From the NCBI GenBank assembly GCA_964106915.2, contig OZ066919.1: DNA of 64,000 nt; one strand, given 5' to 3'. This document shows, in pieces, positions 1 to 14,030 of the stretch (the first letter of the stretch is position 1; every line of letters starts with the position of its first letter). Under the pieces are notes generated by a model. That model saw only the letters and a list, made by a program, of their open reading frames with translations. It was not told where the DNA came from and made no database searches. A program made the position numbers and the translations under genes. Source of the DNA: Podarcis gaigeae (Eukaryota).

Positions 1-1870
1 GGATGAGGCCAAATTATTTCCTTTACTGCATGGGTGTATGAGGAAGAAAACATAAAGGAATTATCTTATATCCAGTAACAAGAGACTTGTGTGGCCTTTT
101 GTGGTGGGGGTGCGAGAAGAGTGTTGGGTGTTCTAGTCTAAGTAGCTATTACTATGGTAATAATAATGAACTACCAGGTGCTAGGATACATAGTCTTTGC
201 CTTATATTCGCTGGAAGAGTTAATCACAAAGTGATTTTCCTCTCAAGATTCACGTGTTAAATTGTTTCCAAATGTTAAAATTTCAAAGTCCCACGTCATG
301 AAAAATAACAGTGAATTAGCTTTACTTCAGTACACAGGAACTTACTATCTTTCCACATTAGGGAAGGGGGAAGGGTATCCTTTACATTACTATTCTAGAA
401 AGCACTCCTAACAATCATGGTACAAAATGGGAAGGATTAAAAACTCCTTTGCTCCTGGTTGTGCAGATTTTGCAGATGCTTAGGCTATACTCAGAACTGT
501 AAAGAGGCAAGAAGTCACTTAGCATGAACAGATGTATTTTCTTTAGTAAACTCTTTCAGGCTATTGTTTCCTAGCCATTAAAATATGCCATCTTGATACT
601 TGGTTATTCACTATATACCATAAAATATTTATTAAGGTCATAGAACTGTAGTGCAGTAGAAAAACCCACATGTGGAACAATATGCTTGCTGTTATTTTGG
701 ATAAGAACATTTCTGCTGGGTTGCATCACTGTCTGTAAATTTTATTGATTATAATTAAGTTCGTCTGTATTGTCTCTGGGAATGTACATAGCTTAAAATC
801 AATATTTCTTATATTCATTAGGAAAACAAGCTTGAAAGGGATTTTAGTAGAAATAAGCAGCAAGGCTGCCACTTTGATTGCATTTATAAAGCATTAGGGG
901 CTCACCATCTCTCCTGCTTTTCTGAATGTGTTTTAAACTCATTTCACAAATTTGTCTCCACATTTAGCTGTTTTACTTTTACCCATTATCCCTATTCTTT
1001 ATATCAAGCTTCCATTAAGAGAAGGCATGCACCAGGTGTCTGCTGCAGGTAAACTCTGATTTAAAGTATCTGAAACTTTCATCTGCCCAGCTTCAGCTGT
1101 ATTAATTTACATTATGCATCTGCCCTTCATCTGTATCATCTGCTTTGACAACATATGGAACCATTTTAAGCACAGAATAACATGTTGTCACCTTACTGAA
1201 ATTTGTGATGAGTTAAATAGGGACAATGCTTCACACTTCAGGCAACTGTCGCACAAAAAGTCATGTCAGAAAGCCTACTCCCTCTAATACAAAAGTTGAT
1301 GATTGCAGGGTGTGTTTTAAAGCTTTGTTTTGTTTATACAAGTTTCACAAATTCAATCCCAGCAGTCTGTGTACATCCATGAATGCACTATGACTCCATT
1401 CTTACATCTGTTTATTTACCATTGTTTCTAAAACATCATTCAATAAAATTTCCAGTTTAAACAATTTCAAGTAAACACATAGAGAAAGCATCGTAGCATA
1501 ATGCATTCAAAATAGCACATATAAAACCTTAAAAGCTGCATATTTAAAATCACACACTGAAGGCCTGTTGGAGCATTCAAACACATAAAAGGAAATCTAG
1601 CAAATCCTAAAAGAGAATGCAATCTACACCTTTGGAACCATGATCAAGATGGCCCTGACTCTCAACCCCATCTGTCTAACCTTGCAAAGCAGCAGGCCCT
1701 CTGAATTTATACTGTAAATCACTTTGGGATGCCTCACGTGAAATTATTCATAAATGAAATAAATAAATGTAATTGAAGAGATTCACAAGGGAGTATGTGG
1801 CCCTTAAAGTAAGCTGTAGATTGAGAGGATACCCCAATCAATAATACTTTGCACATTTTTTTAAATTTAC

Positions 1871-1962
1871 TTTTCTTCATAGAGACTGTTGGGATTAAAT
1901 TTGGGGGAGGGGGAGTTCACAGATTTATTGAAATTTAATCCTAACAGTCTCTATGAAGAAAA
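1871..1962. repeat. Inverted repeat/hairpin, 32-bp arms with 28-nt spacer
   Basis: 1871-1902 ttttcttcatagagactgttgggattaaattt is the reverse complement of 1931-1962 with one mismatch (G-U compatible). Confidence 0.9.
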
Positions 1963-2894
1963 TTAACTAATAAATAAAAAGTGGTGATCTGATTAACATT
2001 ACCCTATGGTGGAGCTGAGAGGTGAAACAGATCTTGCAGTGGTTCATAGTGGGTAGCATGAGCAAAGCACCAACAGGTTCACTCCAGCTCTCTGGCCTAG
2101 AGCCATTAACTCACTGTGGTGCTGAGAACAGTTTTAGCATGTGAGCTTCTTGAAGGCAAGTTTATTGCTCTCCTTAGCTGCAATCTCATATTCAGAGGTC
2201 TTAGATTTAGATGGTGCCTGGTTACTGGTGTTAGGTTTAGTATTAGAGTTTTCTTTCTCCCCCCCCCCCCCCAATCAGGGTGTGTTGTACCTAGCTCTCC
2301 TTTTGACTTCAGCCACAAAATGCATTATTCCACAAGTTGTGAATGTTTATTAGTTATTGATCCACCCCTTTTAATCATATATTTAGATACTCAAAGCTTG
2401 GAAATCCTGGTGACCACACTTAGTTTCAATAACGGAATATTTACAGTTCATTGAAAAACCATCCATGAGTAAATAATGAAATCAAACTTGCTATTGGGTA
2501 ATGTACTGTCAGCTGGAAGGGGAAAAAACTAATGATCAGATAGGCCCAGATAGTTCTCTCCATTGGGGGGAATTATACATGAAGTAGGTAGCTTATTTAT
2601 TACCATTGTATCTCACAATTTCCCCAAGAAGCTAAAGACATGGGTTTCTTCCATTTTTAACTTCAAAACTTCAAAACGGTGTTCAAGTAAAAGTATTTAG
2701 CTGTATTCTTGCTCATTTTCTTTGGAGGCTGTCTGTTAAAATAGTAGTCATTGCCCAGAAACGCAGAAACCTCAGGCACACTGTATTTCTCAGAAAGATT
2801 AGAAGAGGCTTGGTTTACCCAGTTAACTCTGGGCAACCATATACCAGGAGGCCTGGTGGCATTTGCCACAGCAATATCTCCATTGTGTGTGCAT

Positions 2895-3130
2895 TTTCGG
2901 TTCATTAAAAAAAGATGTTAATTGTGGCCGGTAGTCGAGAATCTTTCTTTTAAAGCCAGTTATCAGCAGTTTCCTTTTGCATGGCTGGCTCGCTGATGGG
3001 GAGCTGTCCGTTTATTTAAAAAACAATGCCTCAGTTATCATATTGTTTAGTGTGGGGCGAGGAAGTGAAGCATTCAAATGCGAACAAATCCAAAACAGGA
3101 AAGCAACGCAGCAAAAACAGAGAGGGGGGT
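2895..3130. promoter_or_regulatory. Candidate enhancer-like non-coding element
   Basis: TE-free; about 8 CpGs in about 230 bp against a CpG-depleted background; ETS/PU.1-like GAGGAAGTG at 3059-3067. Conservation not tested. Confidence 0.3.
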
Positions 3131-4761
3131 TCAGTGCAGATTATACAACCTGAATAAATCAGTTTAATGAAGGTGTTTTGTTGGAGTACTCCAACTGACA
3201 GGACTTGGCCCTTAGTTATTATTTCATGTATATGTTTTTGAGTATTTTAATTACATGTTTATAATTTCATTCAAAATGAAAATTTATTTTTTATTTTTTA
3301 CAAGTATTACCTCATGTCAATAAAGTACTGAGTACTTGCTAGTGTATTTGTATTAGGCTTGTACAAAAGATTTTAGTCTATGGGAATTCGTTTTTTCTTT
3401 AGGATACCCTCTGTACATAAAAGGGACAGAAGGTACAACCTTAGATCTTATTCCATATACAAGTAGAAACACAAAAACCTTTAACAATTAATAGGTACTA
3501 TGTTTACATTCCAGACAATTTATTGCAATGCATCACTCACAATATATTCAGTAAAATTGATAAACTGTGACTGCCATATCTGTCATGTAACATGCTGAAG
3601 GAAAAAAATCCAGTTTTGTCCAATATAAAACATTTAGTTTACTATCATTGATGCTGCTTCTAGAGTTCACAAGCAGAATCCAAGTCCAATATTATTCTGT
3701 AGTTCCAAGCTGGTACACCTGCTTTTCAGGTAGAAGATCCCAACCAGATTCATTAACTCAGATTCTAGGGATGCATACTATTAAGATGGTAGGTTTAACA
3801 TTGCTTGTCTCAATCAACCATTGTGCTAATACCATCTCCATTTATATCCATAGGGTGTACATTTTTCTTTTATTCTACAAATAAAATACATTTATTCATT
3901 TTAGCCTAATAACTGCCAACCTGTTCTCCATGACTCTGTATACAATGGATATCCAGTGTGGCCTATAAGAAACTATTTTTTTTATCATGCCTAATGGATG
4001 ATGTTCCTCTATGTGTGAAACTTCACTGCTTGGGCAGGAGACAGGGAAGCTATGAGTCTGTGTAGATCTTTGACCTATTCTGATTGTTGCCTTCTTCATT
4101 TTTCCCCCAAATCTGTTTACCTGTTTTGTGAGAGCATGGGAACAAGTATGGAACGAGTGTTTTTTCCATTAGTTATTTGTAAGATTCTTATAAAGTATCT
4201 GTAACCAAAGCATAAATGAAACACATTAAATCTGCTGATGAACTATTTCAAAAGGTTATGACTTCTTGACTGTCATAATTGGTTTATCTGAAAAGATCAT
4301 TAAAGAACTTGGGGAATTGGATACATATATGCCTTTAAATTAATTCACAGAATAGGCCTTGGGTTAATGGAAGTTTAGCTTTAATGCTTAATCAGGAATA
4401 TGCAAAGAAGCTTGAATTAAGAAGAACCTTTGTATTACTTGTGATTTGAAGCAAATAATCCATGGCATTGTAAAGGGGTTAGGATCAATTCTTCCTATTA
4501 TTTTAGATAGTGTTTTCCTTTGCAATTTATTTGAGGTCCAATGTATATGCTCTGAGGAGTTACTGTCAATTGACTACTAGTGTGTGATGACATTCTGGCC
4601 TGTGACCCTTGTGGTTCTATTTGGAACCTTCACTATATTGTTTCTAGAAGGGGGGATATAAATGCAGTGTGTCTTGGAGTCGATAGCTTCTCTAAAGTAT
4701 GGAACAAGGAAATGTATCTTCAAACGTTCCAATTTGTCTATGAACAAATTGCTTTTTGGAA

Positions 4762-4810
4762 GGGGCCATAGTTTAGTGATAGAGCACAGGTTTGGCATAT
4801 GAAAGGTTCC
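4762..4810 (+). mobile_element. tRNA-derived SINE head fragment
   Basis: ggggccatagtttagtgatagagcac...aaggttcc resembles a tRNA-like A-box head of squamate SINEs; truncated before a full B-box. Confidence 0.55.
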
Positions 4811-7800
4811 ATAAATTGGTAATCTGCATACATTCTACAGTGCTACAATATGATCCAGTCTTCTGGTTGTGGTCAAAATATTGGCAGTACCATTTTGAAC
4901 TAGTTGAAACTTCTGGAGTGTCCCACCCAAAGCACATGTATAGGGTTGCACTGTAGATTTACCTGTTACTTGTTAGAAAGAAGGGTAGGATATTTCTAAC
5001 AAAATAGTATGTCTCTGTTTTATCAAGTAGACCCCAGTTTGTGAATGGTCCTATGCCTCTATGCAATAAGTAAGAGTAAGGTGATTTCTTAAAATAGACA
5101 AAACCTGGAACACCTGAAATCGTTCAAGATATCCTCCACCTTCTTGTTTTTAGTTATGCAGGTGTTCTTAGCAATTTCAGTGAATGAGGATGGGCAGAAG
5201 AAATGTTCTGTAGATAGAATTATTTCTATAAATAGAAGGAATTTTCTGAGTATTCCAGAATGGATAAGTGGGTATTTAGAAATCTTATACAGAGAATCCT
5301 AAACCTGCTGATAGAATAATGTAGTCAGGCATAACTATACTTTTAAAAAGATATTTGGTTTGCTTCCTGATACCATTAACACACTGTAGTGTGAAGTTGA
5401 CATATAATGTAATGTACATCTGATTTGGGAGATAATCTAAATAGTGAATCAGTTTATGTTCCAGCTGTGAGTGTGTACAATTCTGAGCCTGCTTTTATCT
5501 GGAAAATTAAAATCAGGTTTTTTGAAGCATAGCCCCACAGATTGTTCAGCATTTAGTGGAAGGAACATTGTCTAAACTTGATTTACTGCATATTTCAGGC
5601 AAACAGACATTTGAAAAAGCATTGACCTCATGCTAGCTTCTCAGAAAGCTTTGTTAAGTATTCCCTCTTAATCCCAGTTTGCAGGTGACCTTAGTTTGAG
5701 ATGTGCTATTCTTTAACAAGGGTTCATTTGTCAGTTCTTTTGGATTTCTCAAAGTCCTTTATATAAGACAATGTAAGAGGCTGATTTAATTATTCTTATA
5801 CACTTAACTAACAATCCTCCCTGTCTCAGTTCAGCAGCTGTAGAATGCACTCCCCTTCCTTAAGTGAACTGGTTAGAGAGTTGAGAAGGTTACTTGAGGT
5901 ATTGAAACAGGGCATGTAGGTAAAAGTAGATGATCTTATGCAGTGTTAATCTGGATTATGTTGGAGAAATTAGTTTTGATTTTGATTTTCGCAGATAAAG
6001 CCATTTCTTTTTAAACAATTAGGTCTCAGCACACTTGTCTCTATTTTACATTATATAATGATTTTTATTCAACAAATTTAAATACTTAAATGCACCAATG
6101 AATTAGTTCTGTTGCTTAGTAATGAACAGCATGATGTAATAGACTTTTGTGTTATTGTGGTCTGTATTTAGAGTACTCCTAAAATATAGTAGTGAAATTG
6201 AAATAGGGAAATCAGTGTTTGGTTTCTTGAAAAGATCTCTGTGTGTTTTTAAACACATTCAAAGTGTAAGTTTCTAGCCCTCATAGTAGATGAATCTGAA
6301 ATGTTCAACCAGCCTCCTCCAAAATCTGTTGGACTCTTATCAAATTCCAGACCCTTTCTGTTTCTTCTAACCCACTTCTTATCCTCAGAACCAGCTCTAT
6401 AGATTCGAAAGATAACATTCACAGCATTAATTTTGGAAGGTAAACAATGTATGTAGGTTGGGATAACTTTGAAAACAGAGTCTGGGTTTCCTTGGCAAAG
6501 CCTTTATGTATAATTACTTTAGAGAAGTAGGAAGGTTTTTGATACAGCAAGACCATGGTCCCTCCTGTATGTTCCTTGGTGGGATTTCTCTGGCGCATTG
6601 ATTATGACTGAGGACTTGTTAGTATATGCACCTGAGGGAAGTAAAAGCATTGAATGCAGTTTACTCTAACTACAGGAGGGATTTTTACTTTGTCAACCAA
6701 GTGGGTCACTGTCATTGGAACTACCAAAGGAGAATAACCAGAAACGATGGTGCCCTCCTCGAAAGAATTCTACAACTGATGATTTGATAGACTGGCTCTG
6801 CCACATGAACCATCTATTCTAGGACAGCTGATCTTTTGTTCTGTAGAGCACAGTGCACTTCCCAGTGGCGATTCAGAGCAGCATCAGCATCGCTGGATCC
6901 TCAGGGAGAATGCCCTTGCTTTCTCTGAATGACCACCAGAACAAGAAGACTGAGTGATACTTTCAAATTCACCCTTAATTAATGAGCACATGCACATTTA
7001 AGGCAATGATAGCAAAATGTTGACCTACAGCTAACCCAGCAGAAAAAGGCTATTTAAAGCTATTTGTTTCTAAAGACTGCCTTTAATTGATGAGAAACAA
7101 TTTGATTCATTTTCTGCATGTTTTCCTTTCCTTTCTTTTTTTGTTGAAGGAACATTCTCATGCTACACACTGAATTTATTAAATGGTTTATATGAATGTT
7201 CTAGTGCTATTTAATATTCTCATACAGCCATGGAATTTAGATCTAATAGGTCATTGTGTCCTGCTATTACATGATTGCTCCCTACAGCATATTTACTCTG
7301 TGTATTGACTGTCCGGCTTAGTTTTTAACCACTTCCCTTGGGAGATTCTTCTGTAGCCCAGTCTATCTTATTGCAAGGACAGTTTTCTAAATCTCCACAA
7401 TAATTTTTCCTTTCTTAATTTAATCACTTAGTTCTTAGTTTTATCATCCCGTATTACTCTTCTTGATGTTTATACTATTAAATATTTAGAGTCTTCTCTG
7501 ATGTTATTGTATAATCAAGCTGTAAACGTTTAGCTCTTTGAAGTGTTCATCATTTAATCCATTTCTCTAGTCCCCTAATTAGTTTGGTGGCTGTTCTTTG
7601 ATACTTTGTGTACTGGGCTACAACACTGAGCATCAACTGAAGGATTAGGAATTTTCAGTATTGTGTAGGTTGGTTGCTAAATAGATCAGTGGAAAGAAAG
7701 GACCACATGTCAGTGGAGTAGACAGGTGTATCTTAAACACCTGGTGGTGCTCCTTGTGGTTTTGTTTTGATGTACTTGTTTACACAATCTGCATGCCTGT

Positions 7801-8564
7801 GTCTCCTGATATCCATACTGCTCCCCCACCCTTTCCTAGAAAGTGGGCATTTCTCCTGGTTTCAAATGAATATAGGACCATTCCCTTCTGCTTGAGGCGA
7901 GGAAAGCAGGAGAAGAGTACATGAAGGAGTACAGGAGGCCCTCTGTTTGTCACTCTGCATATACAATTGTCTGTGGAGTAATAACAATATCATATGGGTT
8001 TTAAGAAAAATATTTTAGAAAAACAACTAGATTAAATGTTTTTTTTTCTGGTCTGTTGTAGTTCTTGTGCAGAAATTGCATTGACCTTTGACACCATATT
8101 GAATCATAAGAATGTATCATTTCCCCCTAGTTTGTAATCTGTTTTGGCCTTGTTACTTTCTAATTTTTCACCTTATTCTTGATTTGCTTTTCCATTGTTC
8201 CAGGTCCTTGTTTAAAAGTAATTTGCTTTTTGGATACCTTTTCACATTTCTCACATTATTATTCTCTGTATCCCTTGGTTTATACAATATACCAGTTTAA
8301 ATTGATGATAAAGTTTTTTGTACCATGAAATGAATGAGAATGCTGAAGAAGAAAGATAGGACTTACATTTTTACATCATTTCCGCCTTCCCACCTTGAAT
8401 CCACATTAGCCATACCTACCCAACTCATGAAATTACTATTTGGTATTACCTAGATAAAGTTCTATTAAATACAATGGATTGGATCCTACAAAGTTCTTAG
8501 CTCACATTCCTCTTAACATAGTATGAATCAGGCAGAAACAAAGTATGCATGAAGATGTTGAGAT

Positions 8565-8825
8565 GTTCCTGAGGGCTGGACTAGAACTAATGGCTGGAAG
8601 TGGCAAGGAAGCAAATTTTGGCTAAGCATCAGGAGAAACTTCCTAATGCGAGAGCTGTTTTAGGGTGAAACAGATCAATTTAGGAGGTGCTTAGCTTTCC
8701 TTCTCTGGAGGTATTTAAGCAGAATATGGATAGTCACCTGTCAGGGATACTGTATATTCATGCATTGGCCAGAAGGTTTAATTAGGTGGCCTCCAAAATC
8801 CCTTCCGCCTTGAAAATTCTGTGCC
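8565..8825 (+). mobile_element. Degenerate CR1 LINE 3' end
   Basis: Colinear similarity to the CR1 copy at 18405-18806 (catcaggagaaacttcctaa; ggatagtcacctgtcagggat; tcccttcc...attctgtg tail). Confidence 0.75.
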
Positions 8826-9289
8826 ATGTTACAGATGCCCACAAAAGTAGACATATTATTTTAACTGTATCAAAATACCTGGCTCAGAAAAGCAGAATTT
8901 ACCATTTACTTCAGAGGAAGGCACCAGCTCATTTGATATTTGAAATCAAAGCATGATGCCTATATTTTGTGCTTTAAATGACTGAGGCTAAAAGTTTGCA
9001 TAGGATTGCACCCTTAAGCTTACATTGGCAGAGTTCTCTATGGCCAAGAACCATAATGTTATTGCACTGTTCGTTTCAGTGAATGGATGTGAAGCAGTCC
9101 TTTAGGTTATGCCACCTATTTCTAATGAAAGTAAGCAAGATTTCAAGGTTCATGGAAGTGTCAGTGAAGCATATAAATGATTGATCTAGCACCCCACCAG
9201 CTATGCATTCTGGCCCACCATGTCTCCCAGACATCTGTCTGTTTTTATCTGCCTTACTAGAACTGCAAAAACTGGGTTTTCAAGCACCT

Positions 9290-9420
9290 GGCGGACTAAA
9301 GTACCTGGCTAGAAATTTATGCTGGTGTGGTTCTTAGTTAAAACTTAGTATTTAAGATGTCACAAGAAGATTCCTAGTTGTTTTTGCTGCAGCAGATTAA
9401 CATGGCTACTATTCTTTGAA
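9290..9420. mobile_element. Squamate repeat fragment, probably from a Penelope-like element terminal repeat
   Basis: 9372-9420 matches the reverse complement of 18903-18950; family assignment from recalled consensus. Confidence 0.5.
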
Positions 9421-9738
9421 ATAGTTTGAGAAGCAGAAACACGTGACTTTTCTTGCTCCTTCTCTTGCCATGCCACCTTGGTGTCATGTCATCTCTGTGT
9501 TGTTTCCTCGCCCATAAAGGAGAATGGCACTGAGGTCCCACCCCCCACCCTCCAAAGGGCTTTTTCCAAGGTTTTGTTCATTATTGTTTGTAAAGTGCTT
9601 TGGGGAACATGGCTGAGAGACATGCAAGGCATCATTATGGTTAATAATCCATTATTTAAAATATTTGGGACCATTGAGAAAAATAATGACATGTATGTAG
9701 TGGAGTGGTTAATGCGATTGCATCTCTTACAGGTTTCA

Positions 9739-9998
9739 NNNNNNNNNNNNNNNNNNNNNNNNNNNNNNNNNNNNNNNNNNNNNNNNNNNNNNNNNNNNNN
9801 NNNNNNNNNNNNNNNNNNNNNNNNNNNNNNNNNNNNNNNNNNNNNNNNNNNNNNNNNNNNNNNNNNNNNNNNNNNNNNNNNNNNNNNNNNNNNNNNNNNN
9901 NNNNNNNNNNNNNNNNNNNNNNNNNNNNNNNNNNNNNNNNNNNNNNNNNNNNNNNNNNNNNNNNNNNNNNNNNNNNNNNNNNNNNNNNNNNNNNNNNN
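9739..9998. other. Assembly gap (260 N)
   Basis: Run of N. Confidence 1.
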
Positions 9999-10452
9999 AA
10001 ATAACATAGCTAAGCCTTTTCCTAGTAAAATGATGGATTCTGTGGTATTAAAGCGAATATTTATATTTCTGGCATTTTGATTACTTCTGTCTATATTTAC
10101 ACTAATGCACAATGAAGAAAAACACAATTGGATAGAATATTGATGCTGTTAGTTTTATTTGATTATTGTTTGAGCATTTTAAAGTACCCTTTAGCTGCAC
10201 ATGTTGTAGGATTTTATGCAGTATCATATTTTGTATCCATTTGCTGCATATGCTGTTTCAGTAATTTTAAAGTAAAATAAAAGTCCCAATCTAAAGAATC
10301 CCTGTGGGCTCAGGAGTCCAAATGCATATGGGGCATTCCTACACATTCAGAGGTTTTCCTATGCAAAGCAATACTTGGACATTTATATGTGTACATGACC
10401 ATTTCGTACCTCATCGTCAATGGGGGAGTCCTTGCTATTATGAAACTCTACA

Positions 10453-10580
10453 TAGGCATGGGAACCATGGCCCTCCAGATAGCATTGGACCACCCCTTCC
10501 ATCGGACCTGACCATGAAAGCTGAGGCTGATGGGAGCTGGACTCCAACCACATCTGGAGGACATCAGCTCCTCATCCCAG
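10453..10580. mobile_element. Short hAT-type MITE (degenerate)
   Basis: Quasi-palindromic: gggaaccatggccctccagat ... acatctggaggacatcagctcctcatccc; related to 19168-19297. Confidence 0.7.
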
Positions 10581-11405
10581 CTATATATATCCACTGAGAA
10601 ATCTCTCAAACTCTGGATTTATAGACTAGGACCATTCATTCTACCAATTATTGCTTCTGAGCAACTTTCCATCTTTTAAAAAATCCATACATATTTATTT
10701 ATTTAGAAGATTTTGATTGAATGATTCTCAAGGTGACTTAGAACAGATTGCAACAGTACAAAAACAAACAAAACACACACCACACACTGACAGCTCTCTT
10801 TAGTCCTCTGGCTGATGAATGGGGCCATAGAGTGTTGTCTCTCTAGGTCTGTACTTTACTTCTTGGCAGGGAAGGAGAAAGCATGATTCTTCCAGTTGCT
10901 CTGGGACTAGAGAGTCTTCTCCTCGCTGTGATATTCTTTCTGAGAGGCAGGGGATGTAACATCCTGCTCTCCTTAGTTTTCTGCCCCAAAGCAGCCAGTA
11001 TGGGGAGCTGCCATCGCAGAGCCAGTGCCCTGGCAATGGTATCACTGCAGGGGCAGGGCTGGGCAACTTCAACCTCACTACCAACTTGCCCCACCAGGTA
11101 AGAAGCAGTAATAGCTGCTGGGAGACCAGCTTTGCTGCACAAGCCACTCCTTTTCCTTCTGCAGTCTCCGTTCTGCTGATCAACCTCTTGTTCTTTCTTC
11201 CAATCCACATGTACTTGGTGCATTGTACGTAGAATTGGAAAATTATTACATGCATTGTTGCTTTAGATCGTGGTCATTTGATTCTGGTGCTTTTGAATTT
11301 AAAATATATTTTTTCAAGGTCTGATCACAACCATTTCCATTTAAGATTTGAGAAACACCTCGGCAGTCAGATCTGAGTTCTCCACCAGTGCATTTTATAA
11401 AGTTT

Positions 11406-11536
11406 TATAGGCATAGCCAAGGTGGGGGCTGCCCCCCCAATCAAGTAAAAATAACAAAACTTAAGTAACTGAAGTTCTTCCCCCCCCCCAAGAAAAAGCC
11501 TGCCCCTCCCTAACATAAATCCTGGCTACACCCATG
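11406..11536. mobile_element. hAT-type MITE
   Basis: Degenerate TIRs tataggcatagccaagg / cctggctacacccatg; 8-bp TSD taaagttt / tacagttt (7/8). Confidence 0.75.
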
Positions 11537-13459
11537 TACAGTTTTGATCATTTCAGTATGCTTATTCAACAGGAGGACAGTTTATAGTGTGCTTTTAAAC
11601 TATATGGTTATTTGTTAAGTAAATTCTGCAGTTCAGAGGCTGTAGTTTTGAACATGCTGACTAGAGACTATGGGGCTTATTTCTGAGTAGATGAGGACAG
11701 GATTGCACTGCACATGATACTACTGATAAAAAGAGAGGACCCTGATTCTAATTGTATTAAATAAGTTATGATTTAAAATTGGGATGTGTATGTAATTTGA
11801 TTAATAGATAATCTGCACGAGAGGATTAAACTTTTTCTCTCTCTGTGGTGTTTGAAATTGTAAGAGGTGAGCATCTTTTTGATCTTGTAGGCCACCTAAT
11901 AAATAGAGCTATTTCATTTTAAGCTGTCCCTCTGTACACATAACTTAGGTTACCTTTCCCAGTGTGTATTCCTGGTTTGTTTAAAATAGATTAGGGTTTT
12001 ACATATATTTTGTTTTGATGTCTGGTACTGAGTATACAAGAGCTAATCATCTTGACCTTTCTGACAAACAGAGCAACAGAAGGATGCATCTCTCAGAGTT
12101 AATTCTGTCTTGTTCTCAGTGGGAACAGAACATTCCTCTGTGATCCTCTTTCACATGATTCACTCAGGCCTCCTGGAAGCCACTCTTGATACTATTAGTG
12201 CTGGGATACTTAGGTCTAAAGTAGATCGACAGTAGTGACATCACAGACCATTTGTGGTTTAGAGACAGATTGGACCAGGCAAGTGGAGTTGTTAAGACTC
12301 ATATTAAGGAAACAGTAGAAAATGAGATTAAATAGCAGAGTATTTTTTTGCATTTATTACAGTTTTCATTTTCATCTACTTAAGCCCAGATTTAAGAAAG
12401 AAACAAGGGATTTCAATGAACTTAACAACCTGATCTAAATAACCTGATAATGAAATCTTTTATTAGGCTATATTTGGTACCAGTTAAGAGATGACAACAT
12501 ATAAAACGGCAACCAGTGTTTCAGCATATATAATTTTATTTAAACAATTCCATCAGCAATCTGAGAAGCTATATTTATTTCCAAGAAAAAATTTTTGATA
12601 TAGCAAAACTGGATGAAAATTAAATTGCCTTAAATTACTTGAATCTCTTTCAGTCAGAAAACAAACAAACTTGGAAGTGTATACTATACTCTGTTTCTTT
12701 CTGATGCAACACAATAAATGTTGCTGTATTTTCAAACTGACATTAAATAAATACCAAGAAATTGTTGCAAATCTGTCTATAGGATGTCACCAAGTTTTGC
12801 AGGAGTGATTCTTCAGTTTACACTCATGTTTAACACTTGTGTCTTGTTCTACCTCTGGATTCCAAAACTACAGTACAACAGTTTTTATTTGCTTGCCTTC
12901 TGTTTAGTTTCACAATTATTTATCAATGATGAAGCAGGTCCAGTCGTTCCTGATTGGCTTAAGGTCCAGTGGGTTATTAAGAATTCTCTTCTTGCCCTTT
13001 GGTTCATCCTAGAGTACCTTTCCTCATCAACACTAGAGCAGTCATTATCTTGTCATTGCAATGAAGCAGGTTTTTTTTTTTTAAATGGCTTTATGTACAC
13101 ATTGACCTGAAAGTGACCCTAGCTGGTGAGCAAGGGAGTGTAGTTATAGGGGACGGCAAAAGGCAGAGGAGTATCACTCCTGATGATATCAGCTCAGAAT
13201 CAATCACTTCTGAGATACTTTGTGTTATAACTGATAATTTCCCACTTGTCTTCTTGACCGAGGTAAGTTTTTATCAAACAACGCTGCCTCTAGACTAGCA
13301 TACTGTCCTTCCCACAGCCTCCTCCCTGACTTTCCCACCGCTTATGATGACTACCACACCTGTTTCTCTTGCCGCTGTTGTGCCCACCTTGCATTTTCTT
13401 TGGGTGCTACTGCCGTTTCACATGATCTCTTTAGCCAGAGAATTGCTATGGAAGTGTTC

Positions 13460-14030
13460 ATTTAATTATTTATTTAACATATTTATAGAGTGCCTTGCAG
13501 CCATAATGGCTCCCAAGGCAGTGTGCTATTAAAAAAACACCCAACAATTCGGCATCTAAAAATATATATAGGGAGCAAAAAAGAAAAAGTCAGAACAACC
13601 AATATGCAATACCAGAATAAGCAAAGCAGCAGCACCAATGAATCACTTAATCTAAGCGCTGAAGGCCTTATACAGTGGTACCTCAGGTTACAGACGCTTC
13701 AGGTTACAGACTCCGCTAACCCAGAAATAGCACCTCGGGTTAAGAACTTTGCTTCAGGATGAGAACAGAAATTGCGCGGCAGCGGGAGGCCCCATTGGCT
13801 AAAGTGGTACCTCAGGTTAAGAACAATTTCAGATTAAGAACGGACCTCCAGAACAAATTAAGTTCTTAACCCGAGGTACCACTGTACTCTAAAAAGGGAG
13901 GAGACGTGTTCTTGTCAAGCATCCAATCAGGAAGAGTTCCACAGAACAGGGCCACCACATAAAATGAACTGTTCCTTATTGAGGATAGCCAGGCATTTAC
14001 AATTAATAGAACTTGGAGGGGGGCTTCATT
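13460..14030 (-). mobile_element. L2-like LINE 3' end, interrupted by the MITE at 13673
   Basis: ttatttatt tail at the left end; ggaagagttccacagaacagggccaccac typical of reversed L2 3' regions. Confidence 0.45.
13673..13884 (+). mobile_element. Tc1/mariner (pogo/Tigger-like) MITE, family A
   Basis: TIRs cagtggtacctc...gaggtaccactg with TA on both flanks; four more copies in the window. Confidence 0.93.

Noticed and set aside
3180-3195. Perfect 16-bp palindrome gttggagtactccaac
   Set aside because: About one 8-bp-arm palindrome is expected by chance in 64 kb
6676-6960. Exon-like, GC-balanced segment after ctaactacag
   Set aside because: All three frames hit stops within about 50 codons and give no recognisable peptide
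9478-10127. 200- and 212-aa ORFs
   Set aside because: Artefacts of translating through the N gap; the same applies to 57006-57302
13113-13268. Short ORF ending at a consensus donor GAG|GTAAGT
   Set aside because: No convincing acceptor or homology; isolated consensus donors are common in introns
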